Shown here piece by piece: positions 47,108 to 58,809 of a stretch of 64,000 nucleotides of DNA. This DNA is from Lepidodermella squamata. Taxonomy: Eukaryota > Animalia > Gastrotricha. The DNA lies in NCBI GenBank assembly GCA_047495785.1, contig JBLDXI010000033.1:2294001-2358000 (forward strand), read 5' to 3'. Numbering within the stretch: position 1 is the first letter of the stretch; every line of letters begins with the position of its first letter. The position numbers and the translations under genes are program-made. A model generated the notes under the pieces. The model was not told where the DNA came from. It saw only the letters and a program-made list of their open reading frames with translations, and ran no database searches.

Positions 47108-48942
47108 ATGTCCGAATTTGCAGAAGGCTGGCAAGCCAAAGAAGTCCTTGGGGAGGGAGCGTATGGAGAGTAAGCAATTACATTTCATTGTTTGAGGAAT
47201 GTAAATTGAATTTCTCTTGACAGGGTGTATTTACTCCATCACCGCGAGACCAACGACATGGTTGCCATGAAAATGCTTGATAGCAGGAAGAGCGCCGACG
47301 CTGATGCTAACATTAGGAAGGAGGTGCGTATTTTTGTCAGATGATTACATTCGGTTTATGCTCCGTTCGTTGTTTATAGATTTCTATCCACAAGCTCTTG
47401 AAACACCCGAACATCGTCGCGTTTCTAGGCTATCGCCAACATGCGCATTACCATTACTTGTTCTTGGAATATGCTATTGGGGGCGAGCTATTCGATCGAA
47501 TTGGTAAAATGACACGGCAATCGTTAATAATATTAAAAACGACGTTGAATTTCGAATAGAACCGGACGTCGGTATGAGCCAAGGCGAGGCCCAACATTTT
47601 TTTGTCCAGCTGTTAGATGGAATTGTATGTACCCATTGTCGCTTATTACCTACTAATTTCAACGTCATTCGTCATACGCATTCTTCTATTGCAGGAATAC
47701 TTGCACTCGATTGGAGTGACTCACCGAGATATTAAGCCGGAAAATCTGTTGCTTGGCTACAACGGTACTAAAGCATAGAATTCAGTAATGTCTTGTTGAA
47801 TTTCTCAAATTTTTGTCATTAGACATACTGAAAATCGCCGATTTTGGCTTGGCTACGCTATTTAGGCTTCCTAACGGTACCGAACGGCAGTTGGATCGCT
47901 GTTGTGGTACACTGCCATATGCTGCTCCGGTTTGATATTATATTATAGTTATTTAATAAAAATACTAATAACATGATTTAACTTGTAATAGGAAGTCGTG
48001 TCACGAAAGCTGTATCGTGCCGAACCTGCCGATATTTGGTCGGCTGGAGTCGTTCTTGTTGCGATGTTAGCAGGAGAGCTGCCATGGGAAAGGCCATCTC
48101 TGGAGTCAAGGGAATTCGGAGCTTGGGCACGCGGAGAGTTCATTCACAGTCCGTGGACGAAGTTGGGCAATCGGCTGCTCTCGTTAATCAGGTCAATTTT
48201 GGCCATCGACCCCTGTCAGCGGAAAACGATACCCGATATCAGAAAGCACTCATGGATGTTGAAAAAATTCAAACGCCGGTCACACGGCTGTCTTGGTGAG
48301 TATTCGTCTCCATCCGACGTCGGTGATTTCAGCCCGGTGAAAAGATCGCGCATGGGAAGTTCGAGTAACAACGAAAACTGCATGCCTGCGTCACAGCCGG
48401 TTGTCGCACGCCAAACGTCGGGTTCGACGGGCAAGGGCGATAAATCGCCATCCCGACACGATTTTCTGTTCTCACAACCTGCTCACCCTGATGATCTGCT
48501 TCTAGCTACCCAACAGTTGACACAGTCGTGTGCTAATGCTTCTCAAAAGTGCGGCGTCGCTGAACTCGCGAAGATGGTTCGTCGCATGACAAGATTCAGG
48601 CTGGCTCCCGATCGCGGCCTCGCTGTCAGCCGACTATGCGGCGTTTTTGCTCAACTCGGTCTTACCTACCGCACATCACCTCTGAATCCTGACCAGGCAT
48701 GAAACAATTGAAATCTTATTTCTGCTAAATTTGATGTTTTTCTTTCTAATTTTCAGATCACTGTTGAGACGATGGATCGGCGTAATGTTTCGTTGGTGTT
48801 CAAAGTCAACTTGCTGCCCTATGCTCAGTCTCCAAGCATTCTGGCCGACTTTCGTTTGTCAAAGGGCGATGGCCTGGAGTTCAAGCGCTTTTTTGTTCTA
48901 ATTCGAAGCAGCATGCAGCCGTTTATTCTCAGCTCGACCTGA
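47108..48942 (+). CDS. CHEK1: Serine/threonine kinase Chk1
   Basis: [33 protein letters not shown] sites, RRMTRF and KA1-type [12 protein letters not shown]; GC-AG last intron 48697-48756. Confidence 0.93.
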
Positions 48943-49173
48943 GCTTAGTTGACGCATGCCAATTATTCTAACATCTTATTATTACTATTATTATTTGTAT
49001 AACTATAATGCCATTTTTGATTTTCGAATCGTGGTAGCTGCTTTGAAATCTGATATAGATGATGTTTTTACTTTGTTTTAATGACAAAATAAAAGAAACA
49101 CGACAGTTTTTTCAAGCCCAACAAAATATTTATTGCTTTTTGGTTATGAATGACATCTGTACAGTAAAACGTT

Positions 49174-51733
49174 CTAGAAACGACCGCCTCGAGACAGTCG
49201 ACCAGCGAAAGACTGCGAAATAGGCGCCGCTGAACGCCGAACAGCTCGACGTTCGGCGCGGTGTTGCATAGTACTTGCAGCTTTATCGTTACGTTTTGGA
49301 CCTTGGCGCTGAAAATAACAAAAAAATGCATAATAAAATTGAGATGGTATTCAAGCGCAAACCTTTTTCTCCCCTGGAGTGAATGTAATAGACATTTGCC
49401 GAGCTGAACCGCCTACGCTTGATATTTGCTGATCAGCGTTGGCTTCTAATCGTTCGCCCAACGAGCGGCCAACTTGTCTAACAGCCTCAGATACAGCCCT
49501 GTTAGGCTGGGCCAGAGCATCAGCACTTAGACCTGCCTTTAACTCGTAAACTCGAGTTCTTTTGCCGCTGAGTTTAGAACCATCAACAGGGTCGAAACGC
49601 TGTTGCCTAAATAAGACATCTCGACGACTTTGCCGGAGATCTTCTTTCCATGCACCATCGTCGTCCGAACCATCTTCATCCTCAGTTGAAGTCGGAGATC
49701 CAGATTCCATAGTGCTAGCTCCGCTGTTCAACGGCACAATAGAAAATTTAAGATCAAAAAATGTCTCAACACTTACCCATCACTATCGACAATATCATCT
49801 GCGCCACTTTCTTCGTCGTCACTTTCGCCAGTGTTCTTCTTGCGACGTTTTTCGCTGAGTTTTTCCTCGATGCCTTTGCTCTTCTTATCACGTATTTTGT
49901 CGAGGCGGCGAATCAATGGATTGATCAATTTAAACTCATCGCTAGCAGGATTAATCTGTTAAATAAAATTTGAAATGCTGACTGAGGTAACGAAAAAAAC
50001 GAATCTCCACCTCAAAATCAGGATTTTTGAACAAATCTTTGAAGCGATCATCAACCAAACAAGACGTGAGTTTGGCTTTCTCGCTCGGTTTCTTCTCTTT
50101 CTTGTCCTTCTTCGATTTGCCCTTGACGTCATCCAGAGCCTTGTCTTCCATTTGCAGTTTAACGAAACGTTCCGCCAACGAACGGTTGACCTGAGGTAAG
50201 TTGGCAGTATCAGCCGGTGCAGGCGCTCGTGGGCCACGTTCCGCCTCGATTTGCGCTCGAATTTTCGCCTTCTTGTACCGGTCGAAAGCGAACGGATCAG
50301 CGGCAAGTCTAGCCTTGTGATACAGCCGCACGTCCATGAAAAATCCATGCATATACGCACGCAGCAACTGCGAGCCAACCAAATGAGTGAGGCCCAAATC
50401 GTCCAGCTCTTTTCGGGTAACAAATTTATAGTCGTCATAAACTACACCGTTGTCGTTGTCTTCTTCCAGTTCTTCGGCTAGATTGTCTAAAAATGAGCAC
50501 CATTTGGGCGCATGTCCCATAGCTGGGATGTAATAAGCGAGAATTTTCGGGGCTTCAGTCGGCATGAAAACGAGCCCACTGCCAGGCCAAACGCATATTC
50601 CGTTGAGATTACTGCCCGGCTCCAGAGAGGTAAGACTTTTGCCGTCAGAGCGGCGCCATATTTTGAGCAAACGAGAGTCAACAGACAGGACGTAATCGTC
50701 GTCGACAGCGCTATGAAATTCGATTCCTTTTATGGGATAACCAAATCCGTGATCTTTCACAACCAAAGGCTTCACAGATCGCATATCGTACATCAGAACC
50801 TGACCAGCAGTCGAACCGACAGCGAAATTCAACGCATTCGCACATTTGATTGCAGAAACTCCAGGCGATTCAATTTTCCTGAAAAATAGTCATGATAGAA
50901 TTTTGGTTCATTTTCGCGTCAGTTTTGTCATACTCTATAGAATGTTGAGATAAGCAGCAGTCGAGAACACCGGCCCGGGTTCTGGAACGAGGATCCCAAC
51001 ACTCAACAGTACCATCAGTGGTACCACACATGAACAAATTGTGTTCAGGATTGAACTGGCAACATGCTATCTCTGTAGCGTCTGTCTCAATCGGCGTCAT
51101 GAATCGACCTTGATTCAAATTTATTCGATAAATGTCACTACTCGACCCGACTACGTACATCTCAGCCGAAGCAGAGTCGTACGCCATGTCTCGGCCTGGT
51201 TTCGGTATTCGCAACCGGAAATGCAACCCAGCTGCTACGTGAAATTCAACATGACGGTCGATTTGAAGTAGCACAAATTTGGAGAAATCTTCCGATAACA
51301 CATGCATCTTTAGTATTTCATAATCGACGCATCGCTCGAATTTGATCGACAAATTCGCAGTTTCATAGCAGCGAACGCGCGGCTTATACACCCCCGCGGC
51401 AAAAATGTATTGCCGATCAGGCGAAATTGTGATGCAGTTGCTGACTGTTGGCATTTCGAAGTCTTGGATCAGCTGAATCCGATTTTTGGCGCTGTCTTTG
51501 GGACAGAAATGAACATGTTAGTGCCTAATTGATGAACACTACGAGGGCGTTCTCTTTTTTAACTCACCAGACGCCTCCTTCTTTTCGAGCCGAGATTTTT
51601 TCTCACTTGACAGCCACTAAAACGGAACAAGATATAAAACAAATTCTAGTATTTTGTATTTACATACTTCGGGAAGCGATTTTCCGGCGCTCAAGTTGTA
51701 AATCTTGATGTTATTAGGGTTTAACACTTGCAT
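49174..51733 (-). CDS. NOL10: Nucleolar protein 10 (Enp2)
   Basis: KIYNLSAGKSLPEWL, IQDFEMP, GVYKPRVRCY, APKWCSFLDNL, LRAYMHGFF, DDRFKDLFKNPDFEV. Confidence 0.93.
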
Positions 51734-51969
51734 TGTAACCAATCATAGATCAAATAAATGAATTTCTAAAACAAAAAAATTGTCATATATCACTTACGTC
51801 CCAGTGGGAAAAATAGGCGTGATTTTGATTTGAAAAAATATCCTTGGGGATGAATAACAATTTCAATTGACGCCTTCTTCCAATGTTCGCAGCAATAAAT
51901 GTAAATAAGTAGTCTGCTCATTTTTCGGTTAGATCGGAATTTCCAGAAAGTTAAAAACTAGCTCACATC

Positions 51970-52981
51970 ATGAAATCCTTCCAGCAAATTGTTCTTCTGA
52001 TAAGTGTGGCAACCCTTGCGTTTATTGATGAAACATCAGCGCATAGGTAAAGATTTTTAATTGCCGTCGATTGTAAAATTTGTTGCCTCTCCGCAGCCAC
52101 GAAGAATTTAAGCGAATGCCGCCAGGATCTCGCGGAAGGGCAGTGTAAGTCAATCGACAGCTACAATGTAATAATATTGCATCCTAATTAAAATATCTTA
52201 AGGGCAAAGCGAGACGAAGATGCAACCTTCGACCTTGATGGTGAGATTATAGACAAGCGCATGCCGCCTGGTTCACGAGGAAAGGCAGTGTAAGTCAACC
52301 GAATAATTAGATTGCACTCTACTTTCAATTTCTCAAGGGCAAAGCGAGACGAGGATGCAACCTTCGAACTTGAAGGTGATCTAATGGACAAGCGCATGCC
52401 ACCAGGTTCACGCGGAAGGCCAACGTAAGAAATATAAGGGACTAGAAATTTGTTAGTATGATTTGTGAATCGAGTAGGAAGCGGTCGTGGTGGAATTTCG
52501 AAACTTTAAACAAACGATTTCCTCCAAGCTTACGCGGACGTGTTTCGTGAGTTGAGATTAATGAGTGTTATTTCAACGAAATAAACCTACACCATCGCCT
52601 AGAAATGTGCAAGAAGTTGGAAAGCGGGCAGGCTTGATTCGCGTCCCAACTTCCAACCCCTTATCCTACAGCAGAAGTCGACCGTACGCCGCGAGCTATA
52701 CTAACAACGGATGGGCTCCTTTTGACAGCGCTGAAAGCATTTTTGGGGAATCTGGGGAAGTCGAGAAGCGCTATTTGGATGCTAATGGCATCATCAGCAC
52801 TTACGGGGACAGCTACAGCTATGGCCCGGAAATGGGTTTACATGGCATGCACGACGATCAGCAAGTATTCTACAAACGCTGGGCTACGAGCAAAAATTAC
52901 CCATCCAAGTTGAAACAGGTATCTAAGCGAGCCGGGTTCAAATCAGGCTACAACAAGCAGTCGCGTCATCATCAGGAGTAA
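51970..52981 (+). CDS. Neuropeptide precursor (3x MPPGSR-G-[R/K], 1x FPPSLR-G-R)
   Basis: Signal peptide, six exons, many KR sites, acidic spacers and repeated peptides. Confidence 0.85.
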
Positions 52982-53195
52982 AAAATTGACTCTCATGGCA
53001 TTGATAAACCTTAACTGATAAGCTTTCGAGTCTGTCCATATTTTCCAACCAGCTGAAACATTCGTTAACGGCCAACAGAAATTTAATAGGTCTCTCGAGT
53101 TCAAGAACAACAGGAGGTCAAATGCAATTGAAAACACAAGATAATGATTGAAAGACCCACGTTCAGCCGGTATACATTTTAAAAGCTTGATGAAA

Positions 53196-56100
53196 TTAAA
53201 AGTCAATGTGAGGATTGCTGGCCAGCGTCTTTTTGAATTCCACAAGTTCTCGAACAAAGGCACGCTCCTGACCATCGGGGACGTAAGCCTTAGGCTTGCA
53301 AAATACCAACTTGGAACAAGTATCATCTTTCGAGGGTGGGAAAGATTCCGCCGCCTCGGCCGGGTCCACCACCTGAATGAACATCTTCTGCTTCTGCGAA
53401 ATGACCTTTTTCGCAAATGCAACCACCTCAGCCTGGGTAATATTCTCTATAAAGTCAGCCTAAATCGATATGTGTAAACAATTCAGCGTTGGAATTTATG
53501 GGATATTTTACCTCTTTGTACCGTCGATCAAACATCCGAGCTCCATGGTTACAAATTTCAGACCAGTAGTAACGCGCCTCGGATTTTATGCTTGAGAAAG
53601 GCGTTAGTTTTAGCTCAACCAGAGCAGCGAGTTGGTCCTCGTAATCTGATGGCGACATGGACTGGATGTAGTCGACCATAGAGATCATGAATTCATCAAT
53701 GGCTTCTTCAACAAGCTTCGGGCTGTGAAACAAAAAATAATAATAATAATAAAACGTGCAATGGCATTTCTGCAACGGCTATTTCCATATTTTCTAATTT
53801 TCCAAATAAATTATGAATATAAATAATTACTTGAACTGCGAGTGGCTGCTTTGGACAGTAACGGAGAAACCGATGGTTCCAGAGGAGTCGTGCATTTCCA
53901 TGAAGCAATTGTAACCCAATTGTTTCTGAGTCCTCAATATGTTGAAACAAGGTTCGGAAATGATTTGCTGATGACAAAAAATGATTAAATAATCACCCAA
54001 CCAATTATAATTAGGACTAACCTCGTACAACTGAGCAACGCAAAAGCTTTCAAAGTCACCCAATCCAAGCTGGTAATAAGCAATCACCGAGAAATTGTCA
54101 TCATCTTCAGTAGAAAAGCGCTGAACGGAGAGAATGGGAGTAACTTCACGTGGAATAATCGCACACTGAGATTTCTGAATTAGCTTCTTTTCTTTCATAG
54201 GTGCCTCGCCAGCGGAACACAAAAAAGGCTCTAAAATGGTTTTGCTACGAGCAAAAATTTGTTTCGCTTCTGCTTCGTCGACGTTCCCCGATATCAAACA
54301 ATCCAACATGCAGCTTTTCGAATTTCGCCAATCCTTCAGGAAACCTTGGAAGTCCGCCAGTGACATGTAGCAATTCGAGGAATGAGCCTTTAGACGCTGG
54401 AACTTGGCGCAGTAATCGTTCAAAATTGTGGACAATCGTATTTGGTGGCCAAAATCCATGGGCGAAACACAACTGTTGCGACAATCTCGCTCAATTTCCG
54501 TCGAAATTATATTGAACATGTCTTCTGAGAACGAAAAGTTGGCTATTTCATTCAGCACCAAATCAACCAAATTTCCCAACTTGTCCGAAAACCCGGTAAA
54601 TCTAATACTAATACCGAATTTCGAGAATTCTTGCAACTTAATTGCACATTTCAAACCAGCAACGCTTGCCGGGTACAGCTTTTCGATTAGGTAAAGCTGA
54701 AGAAGGGCAAGGTAAATGTCGATGGCCATGCGATTTCGCAGGCTATTGCAGAAAATGTCGCCGAAAAGGAGTAGCGAAATTGTACTCTTCGGTTGAGAAA
54801 ACTTGACAGCGCTCGGTTTGTACCACAAGCGGGCGCCGAGAGTTTCATTTTCGACATTTATCAGTCGAATTTCATCATCGGGAAGCTCTTTGACAGCAAA
54901 ATCCACCGGGATAAAATTATTCGGAGCGGGGAGTGAAAAAGGTTCCCAATCTGCTTTGGTAATTCCAGTCCACCACTCAGGCTTTAAAGGTTCTGAGATG
55001 TACTTGGTTTTGAACCAAGGCTCAATTTCGGTTGCATCCTTTAACGATGACTCAAAAAACTTTGATGAAAGAATTATGTTGCACTTCGAAGGTTCCATCA
55101 TCGAGAGCAGATTAGTAACAGATTCCGGCCTCCATTCTGAAAAGATCGTATACCCCTTGAGGATATGGTGAACGGGGTATAGCTTCACGTATTGGCACAG
55201 AGTGCTCACGTTGTCGATGGGCTCAGTTTCATCTTGATAATCAAATCGGAACCGATTGATATGCTGTAATTCTTTAAAGATACGTTCCTGAGGACCGACA
55301 GATTTCAGCATCTCCAAATATATGAAAACGTAGCGCAAAACTGTCTCATAGGCAGCTAACCCGTCATCAGTCAGCTGAATATTAAGTGAAAATTTGCACC
55401 AAAACTGATTGTGTTCATCACCCGACTCATCATTTCCCGCTACGAGTTGTAGCGCTAGCCTTTTCTTTCTCAGGAATGAAATCAGACTTCCAGTTGATTC
55501 GTCTCCCGTAATATAAGATAGGTAGTGGTGAGGCTTTTCCAGGTACTTGCTGAGCTGCGATGGCAATGCCCATGTAATAACAAGCTCGTGCATATCGCGA
55601 GCTGGGCAAAGCCGGTACAGCTTTGTGAATGCATTTTCATCGAAGGGAAAAGTCCAATCGACAGGGTCCACGGTTCTGAAAAAAACAGCGCTAAAACAAG
55701 AAGGTAAATCGAAATTATCAGCTACCTTGATGGAGATGGCGGAACCGCTGAGAACATTTCTTTGACCCACGCTTCCATGGAAGCAAGTGAATGCTGCGAT
55801 TGCAATGTCAAGCACATCTTTTCGGATGAGTAATGCTTGTTAAAGAAATTTCTGAGCTCCATGTTGATATCGATGCCTAATTTCTGGGGTATCTCAACCA
55901 AACTCTTCGTATTGCCAAACGGAAAATTGGCAAACGGATGGCCCTGTTTTGCTATCATTCCCAGTAATTGCAGGCGCCTCGATGAATCTTCCAGAAGGTT
56001 ATCTTCGTACTCTAAAAGGGGAAAAATAAAAATTTATCAATTGTGAATTTGTATTCAATTTACCGCTCTGAATCGCCTTGACCTCGCGATCTGAAGCATT

Positions 56101-56600
56101 CTGAAGCAGCAAGGGCTTGATAAGGAAGCTGGAGAATATGTCCAATGCTCCATGAACGTGATCTTGAGAGACAGCGAAATAATATACGGTTTGTTCACCT
56201 TCAGTGAACGCATTCGAATGACCACTGTGAGATTTCAAGTAATCGTCAAAATGATTTTCCACCGGATATTTTTCGCTGCCCATAAACAGCATGTGCTACA
56301 ATAATCATCAATTAAGCTGGAATCTGCACAAGGTATGTAAAATTGACATACTTCCAAGAAGTGAGCGAGACCTTGAAGGTTTTCTGGGTCAGAAAACGAG
56401 CCAGCGTTTACGCATAAGGCAGCAGCCGCCAAGCGACCTTGGTGTTCTTCGTCTTCCTCTCCACTTAAGTCAACGTCCATTTCACTGGCTGTATCATCAA
56501 CGATTGAGTCGTGAATGAGCAATGCTTTGAGTCCATTTTCCAGCTCGACAAATCGGTATTGCTTCTTATCAGTGATGGGCTTTTCAATCTCTTTTGTCAT
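53196..56600 (-). CDS. NRDC: M16A metalloendopeptidase, nardilysin-like
   Basis: GLAHFLEHMLFMGSEKYP (HxxEH), acidic insert before AAAALCV, EPCFNILRTQKQLGY. Confidence 0.82.
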
Positions 56601-56866
56601 TTCAATAATCACACTAAGAATCAAATTACAACCGAGTCAAATATCCACTTTTATTTAAAAAGGCATAGGATAACACAAAAAATATCACGATAACATATCA
56701 ATATTAACATAAAAAATCAAGTTAAAAGTTCTATTCACCATGAACAGCTTTCCGATGTCGGGCAAATTTGTTACTCAAGCCAGCGATGTCATCTCTGCAA
56801 ATTGAAAATAAACAATTATGAACAAAAATTACGGTAATGTGCCTACGGTAATGTAGTTCTTAAATA

Positions 56867-57161
56867 TCGAGTTACTTTCCAAGCTGGCATAACGGTGATT
56901 TTGATGAGCGAAAATTTGAAGAGTTCACAAACATGATTTCAACTTTTAACGGATCCCTGGGATATTGGGTGACTATTATAACGGCTATAATACTGAGTTG
57001 CAATTTAAAAGAGACTTTAACGATTATATTAAATTTTAATATCTCCACTCAACCCTTATAACAAGCCCCACTAATAGCACCCACAATATTTCTATAATAT
57101 AGCCCTTAAAATTCTTATCAAATAAAATGTTCTAGCAAAGCCTGCTTGGAAAATAACTCGA
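56867..57161 (-). repeat. ~295-nt intronic foldback
   Basis: 22-bp terminal arms match 20/22, with nested inner stems (TGGGTGCTATTA/TAATAGTCACCCA). Confidence 0.6.
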
Positions 57162-57193
57162 CAACTTGTCATATTAAAGATGTAATCAACGTA

Positions 57194-57225
57194 ATCAGTT
57201 CGCTATGGGATATTAGATAAATCAT
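57194..57225 (-). ncRNA. Intronic mini C/D-like element, copy C
   Basis: ATGATTT-ATCTAAT-ATCCCATAGCGAA-CTGA. Confidence 0.5.
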
Positions 57226-57415
57226 TCCGTAAAAATGTATAAACGATGGCCGCAATGAACGAAAAATCCCACTAACCTTTTATTCTGAGCAAACATCACA
57301 TGCAGCACTGAACGACAAATCTGGAAAATAAGAGAAAAAATTAATAGATAAATAAATAAATACATGTATTGATTGAAACTAAAGCTAAATCATAAAAAAA
57401 TGTGCAATCAACTTT

Positions 57416-57447
57416 ATCAGTTCGCTATGGGATAATGAACAAATCAT
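57416..57447 (-). ncRNA. Intronic mini C/D-like element, copy B
   Basis: ATGATTT-GTTCATT-ATCCCATAGCGAA-CTGA, flanked by TTTA/TAAA. Confidence 0.5.
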
Positions 57448-57822
57448 GATAAAAAGGTAAAGTCGAAAAGTATTGTTTAGCTTTATACCTTTTATGAAAC
57501 GACATAACATTCGACTGCAAGCAAGCCAACATCGTATCAACTGCAAAAATAGAACCAGCTTTAATGAGCCTTAGTGAAAGGAATAGCTAAATTCGCGGAT
57601 CTAAATCAAATATTGATCCATGAGAGCTATACCGTACAAATTTATGCTTAAAATGGCTGAGGAAGGACCTCGTGCTTCATATTTCTTCGAAAATCGACTA
57701 AACCCGAAGGGAACAAAATAATCGTAGCAGTTCTGCGCTTACGTACATAGGAAATGCTCTCATGGTCAATGCTCAATTTATCTCATCAAAGCAGTCATAA
57801 TTAGAATGTCAATCAGAGAGAT

Positions 57823-57853
57823 ATCAGTTCGCTATGGGATTAAGGTAAATCAT
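57823..57853 (-). ncRNA. Intronic mini C/D-like element, copy A
   Basis: ATGATTT-ACCTTA-ATCCCATAGCGAA-CTGA. Confidence 0.5.
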
Positions 57854-58809
57854 AGCTTTGATAAACTGGTGAATAAAATTCAATGGCTGCCAACCTTTTA
57901 GCTAGACACAGCAGCGGACTGGAACGTGCTTTGAACTGTCGCATAAAAAACGAGTATAAAAAGATTCGACTTGATCTGAAGATAGAAAAGCCATACTGAA
58001 GAAAGTAAGTCCTTAGGAGAGCAAGCGACGCGACCAAGAACCAGGAACCACGTGCTGACAGCAACCCTAGTAATACCAAAATTTCGGACAAAAAACTGTC
58101 CGGAAACTGAGTGAAAACTAAGCGAATACTGGCCGTTTTTTAGTGGGAAACTAACAGAACACTATCAGATCATCTGTTAGTAAACAATCAGTAAACTGTC
58201 TGAAAAAACAACGAAATCTGTCCGAAAACTGACAGATTAAAAAAATTCGGGACAAAAAAAATAATTAATGCGCCACGCCAGCAGCTGTTGCAAACAATGC
58301 AAAAGCTGCGTGGAAGTGGCGCATGATGATTCAATTTATCGTTTCATTTTTTTATGGTAAAATCTAAAAAAAAAACCGCAAGAATTAGTATAATTGTACA
58401 TTCATATAAAAATAGTAAAAATGAAAGCAAAACAGATGAGAACGTCGGATGGCCATTCGAAAGGGACATTTCAACGAAAGACAGCTAGTTAACAAATGTC
58501 ATTTTTTACAAAATAGATGTTTTCTTTTTAAAATAATATTGATACATATAAATTGAGCGAGCAAAGGTATTTGTGAAGTTAATGCATCACTATTAATAAA
58601 AAATCCTAGCATTATTAGCCGAGTTTTCATCACGAGCATCACTTGAACATGATTTGGTAGATGAATGATATACAAGAAAGGCTTAGATGGCATGACTTTT
58701 CCGCTTATTATCACCGGTAAAAAAAGGTTATGAGAGAAGGCTAAAAGAAAAAGAAGAAGAACAAAGATGTACAAATGGCCACTAGTTAGTTCATGCTCAG
58801 GCTCGAGTT

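Larger units (their letters stand above)
56730..58030 (-). ncRNA. Putative spliced non-coding host gene (SNHG/GAS5-like) with short exons
   Basis: Chain of AG/GT-bounded ~40-65-nt exons (e.g. 57277-57320, 57489-57540, ~57895-57935), three of them ending TAAAAG|GT; no sustained ORF; conserved intronic elements. Confidence 0.55.

Noticed and set aside
49951-55958. Apparent frameshifts or pseudogenes in NOL10 and nardilysin
   Set aside because: All are resolved by short canonical introns.
57194-57853. CRISPR-like array from the three 18-bp repeats
   Set aside because: Spacing is ~220 and ~410 bp, there are no cas genes, and the context is eukaryotic and intronic.
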